DNA from: a virus
Lineage: Duplodnaviria; Caudoviricetes
Length of the DNA stretch: 56,389 nt
Virus record (IMG/VR): IMGVR_UViG_3300035183_000021
Coordinates: 1 to 56,389 of that record
Reading direction: 5' to 3' (one strand)
This document shows, piece after piece, positions 8,643 through 16,956 of the stretch. Each line of letters opens with the position of its first letter. Positions within the stretch are counted from its first letter, which is position 1. The notes beneath the pieces were generated by a model that searched no databases, was not told the DNA's origin, and worked only from the letters and a program-made list of their open reading frames with translations. A program made the translations under genes and the position numbers.

Positions 8643-9286
8643 TGAAGCCAAGCGAAGTCATCGACGAAGTTCGGCAGTTGATTCAAGATACTATAGCACC
8701 ACATCGCTATAGCAATCCGATGCTGCTGGGTTTTGTTAACCAGACGCTCAAGCGGATGGCGATGCTTCGTCCTGATCTGTTTGCGGTAGTAGCAGATTTC
8801 AATACTACGCCAGGAAGTGTGCTACAGAGCTGTCCTGCTGACTCCATGCGGCTTGTCGATATATTTCAGGTCAAAGGTGGTAACGCTATCACCGAAGTGA
8901 ATAGGCAGACGCTGGATCGTACTGTACCGGATTGGCAGAATGCGCCAGCAGGACAGCCAGTGAATTTCATGCGTCATGTGCATAACCCCAACAAGTTTTT
9001 CGTGTACCCGCGCCCTGTTGCTGGAGTGGTGCTTGTTGGTGAGTATGTGCAGACTCCGCCTGATTACGCACTCGACGATGAAATCATAAACCCGCCTGAC
9101 GCTTATTTTCCTGTTGTTGTAGATGGAACTGTGTTTCTGGCAGAGTCTATTGACAATGAGCATGTGAACTCGGGGCGGGCGAAATTGTTTCAAGAGGCAT
9201 TCCTTCAGGGGTTGGGGGTTAGCTTGCAATCCCGCGTGGTCACTGATACGCCTTCTGCGGGGCTTGATCCTAAACAGGTGGTCTGA
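8642..9286 (+). CDS. Probable head-tail adaptor protein
   Basis: Helical N-terminus 'LLGFVNQTLKRMAMLRPDLF', 'FFVYPRP' motif and position in the head-tail block. Confidence 0.6.
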   Translation: MKPSEVIDEVRQLIQDTIAPHRYSNPMLLGFVNQTLKRMAMLRPDLFAVVADFNTTPGSVLQSCPADSMRLVDIFQVKGGNAITEVNRQTLDRTVPDWQNAPAGQPVNFMRHVHNPNKFFVYPRPVAGVVLVGEYVQTPPDYALDDEIINPPDAYFPVVVDGTVFLAESIDNEHVNSGRAKLFQEAFLQGLGVSLQSRVVTDTPSAGLDPKQVV

Positions 9287-10062
9287 TGCCTGACCGTTCT
9301 TTTGAATCACTTGTTCCGCGTGTACAGGCTTCTGTGCCTGGTTGCCCGCATCCAACCATTGTGCAGTATATTCGTGACGCTGCGATCCGTACTTGCGAGC
9401 GCACACTGTATTGGCGGTACCAGCCACCGCTGTTCAATCTGTCACCCGGTGTTCACGAGTATTTCTACAACAAGCCTGAGAATACTGATGTCCACGCAGT
9501 ATTTGAGATGCTTGTTAATGATCGCCCGTTGAAACGGCTCACGTTGGAGAAAGCTATTGAGCTATACCCGCAATGGGCCGATCTCTACAGTGGCGAGAAT
9601 CCGTTTGTAGTATGGGGTATGTCCCCGCCATCTGGAACTTTCAATGCACCTGTGTATGATGGGGCTCAGTTCAATGATGGTGGTGCTATTGAATTACCAG
9701 ATTCAGCTTTGGCTAAGAGTGGTACTCCTCAAATCATTACTCAGATCAGCCCTGACAAATATATCATTCTCCCACTACCGGATGATAAATGCGTGTATCG
9801 GTGCCGGATGTTCTTGGCGCTTAAACCTAAGCACAATGCTTCTGGGATGGATAGCGCAATCTTCGATGAGCTGGAAGAAGTCATTATGCACGGAACGTTG
9901 CAACATCTTCTAGTGCTTCCTGGTCAACCTTGGACAGATCGTGAGCTTGCTGCGTACCATGCCAAACAGTATGTGTTTCAGACAGCCGAGCGCCGAGCGC
10001 GGGCTAATCTTGGTAACGTGCGCGGTATGATGCGGGTGCGGATGCAGCCTTTTGGGGTTTGA
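9286..10062 (+). CDS. Tail/adaptor-type structural protein
   Basis: 'RVQASVPGCPHPTIVQYIRDAAIRTCERT' and 'LLVLPGQPWTD' patterns; translationally coupled in the structural operon. Confidence 0.55.
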   Translation: MPDRSFESLVPRVQASVPGCPHPTIVQYIRDAAIRTCERTLYWRYQPPLFNLSPGVHEYFYNKPENTDVHAVFEMLVNDRPLKRLTLEKAIELYPQWADLYSGENPFVVWGMSPPSGTFNAPVYDGAQFNDGGAIELPDSALAKSGTPQIITQISPDKYIILPLPDDKCVYRCRMFLALKPKHNASGMDSAIFDELEEVIMHGTLQHLLVLPGQPWTDRELAAYHAKQYVFQTAERRARANLGNVRGMMRVRMQPFGV

Positions 10063-10064
10063 TC

Positions 10065-11444
10065 ATGCCTATCAAGCTCAAGAATAACGCTTTTGGGTAC
10101 CTTAATGTTTCTATTGGCCCTTCTGATACGGCTATTGTTCTTCAGAATGGTCATGGGGCGCGGTTTCCAGCACTTGGTACTGGTGATTATTTCTACGCTA
10201 CATTGATCAATACTTCGGGTGCTATTGAGATTGTTAAGGTTACCGCTCGTGTTGGGGATGTATTGACCGCCCAGCGCGGCGCAGAAGGTACAGCACCACA
10301 GTCTTTTCCTGCCGGGTCGCGCATTGAGTTGCGTATTACTGCTGCGAGCGTAGAAGAAAGCATCGATGCCGCGCTGAATGAGTTCGCTAGCACTGGTACT
10401 GTAGCGAATGCTATAAATGCTACGAACGCGGTGAACGCGGTAAATGCGGTGAATGTCACGAATGCCACGAACGCGACGAATGCAGTAAATGCAACGAATC
10501 TTACCGGTACTTCGACTTCTAATATTCAAACTTCTGCCCTTGGTAGTGGTACAGCAAATGCAACTACGTATCTGCGTGGGGATCGAACGTGGGCTACAGT
10601 ACCCTCTGCGGCCACTATGACTGCCACAAGTGGTGGCTTAGTGCCAACACCACCGAATGATGTAAACCAGGTACTTCGTGGCGATGGTACGTTTGGGGTT
10701 GCGACCAACGCGACGAATGCCACGAATGCGACGAACCTCACCGGCACTTCGACCTCCAACATCCCTACCTCAGCCCTCGGCAGCGGGACGGCGGATAGCA
10801 CGACGTTCTTGAGAGGGGATAGGACGTGGGCCGCTATCCCGTCCATTAGTGGTGTCGTTAACATTGTCCGCATTATGACACCCGGTAGCGGAACGTATAA
10901 CAAACCAGCAAATGTAACGAGACTGCTGATTCGAGCGGTTGGTGGCGGCGGTGGTGGTGGCGGTGGGTGGTATTATTTTGATGGCAATTCATGGCAAAAC
11001 GCACAGGGCGGTGGCGGTGGTGGTGGAGGGTATGCTGATGTGTTTATCACTAACCCGGCAGCGTCTTACTCATATACTGTTGGGGCTGGCGGGTCTGCTG
11101 GAGGTCCTAACGGAAACGGAGGTAATGGTGGAGCGACGACGATTGCCGGTATAACAGCCGGAGGCGGTATTGGTGGATATGGCGCCTTCAATTATACATC
11201 CTCTGCTGGTGCTGGCGGCAGCGGCAGCGGAGGAACTGTTAACGTGCGTGGTGATAGCGCATCTGGCTCGAACGGCGGCAATTCATTATTTGGTAGCGGT
11301 GGCAAATTCAACACATTAGCCGCAGGAGGAGCTGGCACGACTGGTGGAGGTGGAGGCGGTGGCGATGGAAATGCCCAATATTCAACTGGTTATAGCGGTG
11401 GCGCTGGCGGTGCCGGATTTATCGAAATTTGGGAGTTTATGTGA
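10065..11444 (+). CDS. Tail fibre 1 (NAT/NAV repeats, Gly-rich tip)
   Basis: N-terminal anchor shared with 11921-13096, 'TYLRGDRTW' fibre repeats, and a C-terminal glycine-rich domain 'RAVGGGGGGG'. Confidence 0.8.
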   Translation: MPIKLKNNAFGYLNVSIGPSDTAIVLQNGHGARFPALGTGDYFYATLINTSGAIEIVKVTARVGDVLTAQRGAEGTAPQSFPAGSRIELRITAASVEESIDAALNEFASTGTVANAINATNAVNAVNAVNVTNATNATNAVNATNLTGTSTSNIQTSALGSGTANATTYLRGDRTWATVPSAATMTATSGGLVPTPPNDVNQVLRGDGTFGVATNATNATNATNLTGTSTSNIPTSALGSGTADSTTFLRGDRTWAAIPSISGVVNIVRIMTPGSGTYNKPANVTRLLIRAVGGGGGGGGGWYYFDGNSWQNAQGGGGGGGGYADVFITNPAASYSYTVGAGGSAGGPNGNGGNGGATTIAGITAGGGIGGYGAFNYTSSAGAGGSGSGGTVNVRGDSASGSNGGNSLFGSGGKFNTLAAGGAGTTGGGGGGGDGNAQYSTGYSGGAGGAGFIEIWEFM

Positions 11445-11887
11445 TGAGAGCAGCGCGAATTGAAAATGGCGTCGTAGCCGATTTGTGGGAAGTCCCTTCT
11501 CTCGATTGCTACGGTGAACTTTACACGCTTGTCGAAGCGCCGGAGTGGGTGCAGCTTGGCGCGACGTGGGATGGGACGACGTTCGTCAACCCGCCGCCTC
11601 CGCCCAAAACGCAGGAGGAAATCGTCGCCGAGTTTACGGCAAAAGTCCAAGCGCGTCTTGACGCCTTCGCCCGCACCCGTGGCTACGATGGAATCCTTTC
11701 GGCCTGCACTTACGCCACGAGCACGAATCCCAAGTTCGCCGTCGAAGGGCAATATTGCGTGCAGGTGCGAGATGAAACATGGGCAAAGTGCTATGAGATT
11801 CTGAACGCCGTGCAAGCTGGAGAACGTCCAATTCCTACGTGGGAAGAGCTAGAAGCTGAGTTGCCGCCCCTGAAGTGGCAGAATTAA
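11444..11887 (+). CDS. Tail fibre assembly chaperone-like protein
   Basis: TGATG coupling to fibre 1; 'RAARIENGVV', 'GATWDGTTFVNP', 'LDAFARTRGYD' and terminal 'ELPPLKW' patterns. Confidence 0.7.
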   Translation: MRAARIENGVVADLWEVPSLDCYGELYTLVEAPEWVQLGATWDGTTFVNPPPPPKTQEEIVAEFTAKVQARLDAFARTRGYDGILSACTYATSTNPKFAVEGQYCVQVRDETWAKCYEILNAVQAGERPIPTWEELEAELPPLKWQN

Positions 11888-11920
11888 ATTGCTGCAAATG
11901 CAGGTTATGAGGAGCCGCTA

Positions 11921-13096
11921 ATGCCTATCAAGCTCAAAAACAATGCTTTTGGGTATCTTAGCGCATCCATTAGCGCAACTGATACGAACATAGTTCTTCA
12001 GAATGGGGAAGGGGATTTCTTTCCCGCGCTAGGTGTTGGGGATTATTTTTACGCCACGCTAATTAGCCCTGCTGGGGTTCAAGAGATTATTAAAGTCATC
12101 GCCCGCAGTGGTGATATATTGACTGCTCAGCGTGGTGCAGAAGGGACATCACCACAGTCTTTTCCTGCTGGGTCGCGTGTCGAACTTCGGATTACTGTTG
12201 CAAGCGTAGAGGATAGGATTGCTGCTGCACTGAGCGATTTTGCCAGCACTGGCACTGTAGCGAATGCTATAAATGCGACGAATGCTACGAATGCGACGAA
12301 CGCTACGAATGCGACTAATCTTATTGGTACATCAACTTCAAATATTCAAACCTCCGCCCTCGGTACTGGTGTAGCAGATGCAACTAAGTATTTGCGGGGA
12401 GATCGAGCGTGGGCTGTAATACCTACTATGACCGCCACAAATGGTGGCTTAGTGCCAACACCCCCGAATGATGTAAACCAGGTACTTCGCGGCGATGGTA
12501 CGTTTGGAGTTGCGACGACTGCTACGAATGCGACAAATGCTACGAATGCTACGAATGCCACTAATGCGACGAATGCTACTAATCTTACTGGTACGTCTAC
12601 GTCGAATATTCAAACGTCAGCGCTCGGTAATGGCGTGGCGGATAGCACAGTGTTTCTAAGAGGAGATAGAACATGGTCTGGGCTACCTATTGCTTCTACA
12701 GTAGAAGCGCAGGGAGGAACGGACAATACTAAAATGATGACGCCTGTCCGTGTAAGGGATGCGTTTAATGCGAGTGGTTCTGCCCCCGTATACGCATGTC
12801 GAGCGTGGGTGAATTTCGATGGGACGACATCGCCGCCAACAATCCGAGCAAGTGGAAATGTAAGTAGTGTAATAAAAAACGGAACTGGAGATTTTACGAT
12901 TAATTTTACAACTGCGCTTCAAGATAGTAATTATTGTGTGTCTGGAATGTCGAATCAAAGAACGTCGGATGGATATATTTCCATCATTACAGTTGTTCAA
13001 GGAGGCATAACTGCAAGTAGTGTTAGAATCAGAACATACACAACAAGTGGTGTGCTTGGAGATTGGCCAGTTAACTATGTCAGTATTTTTAGGTGA
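11921..13096 (+). CDS. Tail fibre 2 (paralogue of fibre 1 with a different tip)
   Basis: Same 'MPIKLKNNAFGYL' start, NAT repeats, and tip 'ACRAWVNFDG...NVSSV...GTGDFTINF'. Confidence 0.8.
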   Translation: MPIKLKNNAFGYLSASISATDTNIVLQNGEGDFFPALGVGDYFYATLISPAGVQEIIKVIARSGDILTAQRGAEGTSPQSFPAGSRVELRITVASVEDRIAAALSDFASTGTVANAINATNATNATNATNATNLIGTSTSNIQTSALGTGVADATKYLRGDRAWAVIPTMTATNGGLVPTPPNDVNQVLRGDGTFGVATTATNATNATNATNATNATNATNLTGTSTSNIQTSALGNGVADSTVFLRGDRTWSGLPIASTVEAQGGTDNTKMMTPVRVRDAFNASGSAPVYACRAWVNFDGTTSPPTIRASGNVSSVIKNGTGDFTINFTTALQDSNYCVSGMSNQRTSDGYISIITVVQGGITASSVRIRTYTTSGVLGDWPVNYVSIFR

Positions 13097-13293
13097 CGCT
13101 GGTGTTTGATTTTCATCCAAAAACAAAACTTGGAAAAATGCTTCTAGAATTGAGGCGTAGTTATTTGGCTTCTGGAGGTAGTCTACTTTCACCGGAAGCA
13201 TTAGATGAAGAATTGAGATTACGTCGTAGTGGAGTAATTTGTGATGACGAGTTGTCAGATAGGAGAGAACTAAATGGTAATGAGTTGAAATAG
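13093..13293 (+). CDS. Small hypothetical protein in AT-rich DNA
   Basis: GTGA overlap with the fibre 2 stop; 66 aa. Confidence 0.4.
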   Translation: MTLVFDFHPKTKLGKMLLELRRSYLASGGSLLSPEALDEELRLRRSGVICDDELSDRRELNGNELK

Positions 13294-13349
13294 CGGACAA
13301 ACAAAAGGGTGGGCTGCTGGTAAATATTGGCGCAGAGGAGCATTAAATC

Positions 13350-13604
13350 ATGGATTGGCACGACATCCACAAATATGTGCCTTATCTTGGCCTGATGATG
13401 TCTGATCAGAGCAGTCGGCCATATATCACAAGGTTGATTGAACAATCATTGCCAGGCATCGTTGTGGCGATGGTTGGCTTTTACGTTAGCGATGCCAAGC
13501 AGAGCGAACAGATAACGGCCATCAAACACGAGTTGGCACAGGTTCGTCAGGACTTGGTGGATATGCGGCGCGATTTGTATGTACCAAAGGCGGCGGTAAA
13601 ATGA
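13350..13604 (+). CDS. Membrane protein of the lysis region
   Basis: SD GAGGAG; one hydrophobic segment followed by a coiled coil. Confidence 0.6.
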   Translation: MDWHDIHKYVPYLGLMMSDQSSRPYITRLIEQSLPGIVVAMVGFYVSDAKQSEQITAIKHELAQVRQDLVDMRRDLYVPKAAVK

Positions 13605-13777
13605 TCCTCTGCGAGCGCTGCATTCACAATACGGCAACGGACGTGGACTTGGTAGTCGAAATCGATGCCAAGACCGGTCACGTGCTTATCCCGCCGCATT
13701 GTGAGTTTGGCATACCTGGATTTCCGAACGTGAGGGAATGCAACGCTTTTTACGAGGTGCCAATTGATGGGGATTGA
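13601..13777 (+). CDS. 58-aa Cys-rich protein (not in the ORF track)
   Basis: Hand-translated MILCERCIHNT...PPHCEFGIPGFPNVRECNAFYEVPIDGD; ATGA coupling with the upstream stop. Confidence 0.55.
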   Translation: MILCERCIHNTATDVDLVVEIDAKTGHVLIPPHCEFGIPGFPNVRECNAFYEVPIDGD

Positions 13778-13991
13778 ATTCAGACGCAAATTGCGCGGCC
13801 TCTGGCGCAGCCGCACCCATTGGGCTGGGGCATTGTTAGGTGTGCTGGTGGGTGCGACGCCGCAGATCGAGAGGCTGCTGCAAATCAAGCTGACGGCTGA
13901 CGACTACGCTGTGGCTGGGGTGGTGCTTTATGGCGTGATCAGCTTCCTGCGCTGGATCACCACCCAGCCGCTGGAGGACAAGGGTAAATGA
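13767..13991 (+). CDS. Holin (2 TM)
   Basis: Basic N-terminus 'LWRSRTHW', two hydrophobic segments, 'LRWITTQPL' end, immediately before the endolysin. Confidence 0.7.
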   Translation: MGIEFRRKLRGLWRSRTHWAGALLGVLVGATPQIERLLQIKLTADDYAVAGVVLYGVISFLRWITTQPLEDKGK

Positions 13992-14497
13992 CCGTTGACG
14001 ACATCATCGACGACATCATCCGCCGTGAGGGTGGTTATGGGGACCGCCCTGCGGATCGTGGCGGGCCGACGAAATACGGCATCACGCAGGCGACCCTATC
14101 GGTCTGGCGTGCCCGTCCGGTCACGGCAAAGGATGTGGAGGAGCTGACCGTCGAAGAAGCACGACGCATTTACCGGACGCTCTATATCGATAAGCCAGGT
14201 TTCGCCAGTTTGCCGGAGCCGTTGCGTGGTCTTGTGGTGGACACCGCCGTGCATAGCGGGGTCAAAACTGCCGTGCGACTTCTACAAAAAGCGCTTGGTG
14301 GGATTCTCGTGGATGGTGTTTTGGGACAGGAAACATTTGCCGCAGTGCAGGATGCTAATCTTTCCTGGCTATACCGCAAGATGCTGGCCGAACGCATCCG
14401 TTATCTTGGCGAGGTGATCACCGTGCGCCCGGCTAATGCGGAGTTCGCAAAGGGATGGATGGCACGTATCGCGGAGTTTGTGGAGACGGCACCATGA
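13988..14497 (+). CDS. Endolysin, glycoside hydrolase family 108 with PG-binding C-terminus
   Basis: 'EGGY...DRGGPTKYGIT' catalytic motif, 'VDGVLGQET' and 'FAKGWMAR'. Confidence 0.9.
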   Translation: MTVDDIIDDIIRREGGYGDRPADRGGPTKYGITQATLSVWRARPVTAKDVEELTVEEARRIYRTLYIDKPGFASLPEPLRGLVVDTAVHSGVKTAVRLLQKALGGILVDGVLGQETFAAVQDANLSWLYRKMLAERIRYLGEVITVRPANAEFAKGWMARIAEFVETAP

Positions 14498-15042
14498 AAC
14501 AACGTGGCATTGTTCAGATGTATCTGTTCGGCGCGGTAGCTGTTGCGGCGTTGATGGCGGCGGTGGTTATCGGTGCTTATCGTGCCGGGCAGAAAGCAGA
14601 ACGCGCCTACTGGCAGGCGCGCGAACTTCAGGCGATGGCCGCTGCCGACCAGGCATTGACACAGGCGCACGAGACCATCCGCGCGATGGAGCACAATGCC
14701 CAGGCCGCTATGGTGGCGGCCTCCGATGCTTACCAAAAGGAGATTTCCCATGTGCGTACCGAGAAAGACCGCGTTATCGCTGATCTGCGCGCTCGCACTG
14801 TCGTCCTGCGCGACCCCTGGTCCCCCTACATTGATGCGCACCCCATGCCCGGAACCGCCCCAGCCTCCTGCGGATGTGATGCAGGAGAGAAAGGCGAACT
14901 TTCTGAATCGACTGCTGAATTTCTTGTCGCCCTCGCCAGCGAAGCCGATGAAGTCGTCGCCCAGCTCGGGCGATGCCAGCAAGTAGTGAGAGCCTATCAG
15001 CAACTGACTATGAAAGGAGACGCAAATGGCCGCAATGACTGA
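14494..15042 (+). CDS. i-spanin (Rz-like)
   Basis: N-terminal TM, long coiled coil and C-terminal 'ADEVVAQLGRCQ'; ATGA coupled to the endolysin. Confidence 0.8.
   Translation: MKQRGIVQMYLFGAVAVAALMAAVVIGAYRAGQKAERAYWQARELQAMAAADQALTQAHETIRAMEHNAQAAMVAASDAYQKEISHVRTEKDRVIADLRARTVVLRDPWSPYIDAHPMPGTAPASCGCDAGEKGELSESTAEFLVALASEADEVVAQLGRCQQVVRAYQQLTMKGDANGRND
14750..14986 (+). CDS. o-spanin (Rz1-like lipoprotein) embedded in the i-spanin
   Basis: SD AAGGAG, then MCVPRKTALSLICALALSS-C lipobox and a Pro-rich mature part, in the +1 frame. Confidence 0.8.
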   Translation: MCVPRKTALSLICALALSSCATPGPPTLMRTPCPEPPQPPADVMQERKANFLNRLLNFLSPSPAKPMKSSPSSGDASK

Positions 15043-15466
15043 CTATCTGGAAAACAAGATCATCGACTGGCTGCTGCGCGGCCAGGCGTTCACCCCGCCC
15101 TCGACGGTGTACGTTGGGCTGTTCACGACTGCTCCCACCGACGCCGGTGGTGGCGTTGAAGTGTCCGGCGGCTCTTACGCCCGTGTGGCTGTCGCCTGCA
15201 CGCTTGCCAACTGGGCGGGTACGCAGGGCGCGGGTAGTACCACAGCGTCCACCGGATCGAGCGGGACGACGAGCAACAACGTCGCCATCACCTTCCCCGC
15301 TCCGACGGCGAACTGGGGCACGGTGACGGCCTTCGGTTTGTTCGACGCGGCGACCGGCGGCAATCTCTTGATCTACGGCAACTTGACCACGCCGAAGACC
15401 ATCAATAACGGGGACGCTGCGCCGAGCTTCGCGCCTGGGGCGCTTACCTTCCAGGACGACAACTGA
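15026..15466 (+). CDS. Virion structural (fibre-associated) protein
   Basis: 'TDYLENKIID...VYVGLFTTAP...EVSGGSYARVA...WGTVTAFGLFDAATGGNLL' is a widespread phage structural family pattern. Confidence 0.65.
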   Translation: MAAMTDYLENKIIDWLLRGQAFTPPSTVYVGLFTTAPTDAGGGVEVSGGSYARVAVACTLANWAGTQGAGSTTASTGSSGTTSNNVAITFPAPTANWGTVTAFGLFDAATGGNLLIYGNLTTPKTINNGDAAPSFAPGALTFQDDN

Positions 15467-15801
15467 TGTACGAGTACCGCGCTACGGTGATCCGTGTCGT
15501 CGATGGCGATACCATCGATTGCCGTGTGGACTTGGGCTTCGATGTGGGCGTGGATATGCGTTTGCGTCTGGCTGGCATCGATGCGCCGGAAATGAGCACG
15601 GAGGCCGGGAAAGCGGCCTCGCGCTGGCTTGCGGACAGACTGCACGCAGGCACGGAAATCATCATCAAGACGCAGAAGGATCGCCGCGAGAAGTTTGGCC
15701 GCTATCTTGCCGAGGTGTTTTTGCCTGGTGATGCCACCAGTGTCAACCAGATGATGGTCGATGCTGGGATGGCGAAACGTTATGATGGAGGTAAACGATG
15801 A
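15466..15801 (+). CDS. Thermonuclease (SNase-like) family protein
   Basis: 'RVVDGDT', 'RLAGIDAPE' and 'KFGRYLA' motifs. Confidence 0.88.
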   Translation: MYEYRATVIRVVDGDTIDCRVDLGFDVGVDMRLRLAGIDAPEMSTEAGKAASRWLADRLHAGTEIIIKTQKDRREKFGRYLAEVFLPGDATSVNQMMVDAGMAKRYDGGKR

Positions 15802-16034
15802 GACCGATATTGAACTTTCTCATTGGTCTCGACATCGCCATCAATGGGCTGTTTGGTGGAGAGCGTGGAGAGACCATCAGCGCTCGGTGGGGACGTAGCC
15901 GCACCAAGGTGTGGCTTTACTACTGGGGGTGCAGGTTGCTTGACCTGATACAGCCTCGTCACTGTGAGACTGCGGCGGAGTATTTCGCGCGCATTCGCGC
16001 CATTGAGGAAGAGCAAAATGCCGATCGTCAATAG
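15798..16034 (+). CDS. Hypothetical phage protein
   Basis: 'LIGLDIAINGLFGGERGETISARWG...HC' pattern; ATGA coupled. Confidence 0.65.
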   Translation: MRPILNFLIGLDIAINGLFGGERGETISARWGRSRTKVWLYYWGCRLLDLIQPRHCETAAEYFARIRAIEEEQNADRQ

Positions 16035-16049
16035 CACAGTGGAGTGATC

Positions 16050-16502
16050 ATGACAGACGAAGAACTTGCAGCGCTGGCCGCTGAGATCACAAGCAATCCG
16101 GCCTATGCCGACTGGATCGCCAACGGCAACGACCAGCAGATTGCCGACGCGCTCAACGCCATTACGAAGCCAGTAGTAGGCAAGTTGTCGCGGGCGCGGT
16201 TTTCGATGTGGTGTGGGATCACTGGTCTGCGGGCGGTCATCGCAGACCACGCAGCTAATCCGGCTTCGCCGCTTCGCTCAGTGGCGCTGACGGTGCAGGA
16301 CTTCCTGCTTGGTGGGGTGGCTGATGCGATTGATTTTGCCGATCCTGTCAATCAAGCCATGCTGCAAGCGTGGGTGCAAGCTGGGGCGATCACGCCAGAG
16401 CAGGTAAACGAACTTCTGGAGATGGCCACGACCCAGGAGCCAGTGTTTGGTACCGTAACAAATCTTGATGTGGCCCGCGCATTGGGTCGGATGGGGGTCT
16501 GA
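16050..16502 (+). CDS. Hypothetical protein
   Basis: SD GGAG; in-operon ORF. Confidence 0.6.
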   Translation: MTDEELAALAAEITSNPAYADWIANGNDQQIADALNAITKPVVGKLSRARFSMWCGITGLRAVIADHAANPASPLRSVALTVQDFLLGGVADAIDFADPVNQAMLQAWVQAGAITPEQVNELLEMATTQEPVFGTVTNLDVARALGRMGV

Positions 16503-16503
16503 T

Positions 16504-16956
16504 ATGCCGATCACAACCAATGACATGATTGTCAAATTTGGCACGACGAAGACGCTCGAAGCCAATGGAGCCAGCATCGCCAACAACACCATCGTGAAAG
16601 CGGATGATGCAACGTACAGCATCATCGCGGACGGCGACAACGCGCCGGACGCGGAATTCGTTCTTGCCTGCACGTTCTCGACAGCGCCGACGGTCAATAC
16701 CACCATCGATCTGTATGCCGCCGAGCAGGACATCGACGGCACCAATGACGCTGCCGACCCAACGACGACCTACAAGCCGCGTTACATCGGCAGTTTCGTG
16801 GTCAATAACGTTACGACTACGCAATATCTCAAAGTGGTCGCCAGCAATGTTCCGACCGTAGCCTATTACTTCCTCCACAATAACGGCACTGGCCAAACCG
16901 TCAATGCAGGCTGGACACTCAAAGTCACCCCGCGCACGGTAGGCCCGAAGGTCTAA
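16504..16956 (+). CDS. Hypothetical beta-rich (probably structural) protein
   Basis: T/A/N-rich ORF; ATG 1 nt after the previous stop. Confidence 0.6.
   Translation: MPITTNDMIVKFGTTKTLEANGASIANNTIVKADDATYSIIADGDNAPDAEFVLACTFSTAPTVNTTIDLYAAEQDIDGTNDAADPTTTYKPRYIGSFVVNNVTTTQYLKVVASNVPTVAYYFLHNNGTGQTVNAGWTLKVTPRTVGPKV

Noticed and set aside
10065-13096. Diversity-generating retroelement or invertible fibre switch
   Set aside because: No reverse transcriptase or invertase. The shared fibre blocks differ mostly at synonymous sites rather than specifically at adenines, and both genes have the same orientation.
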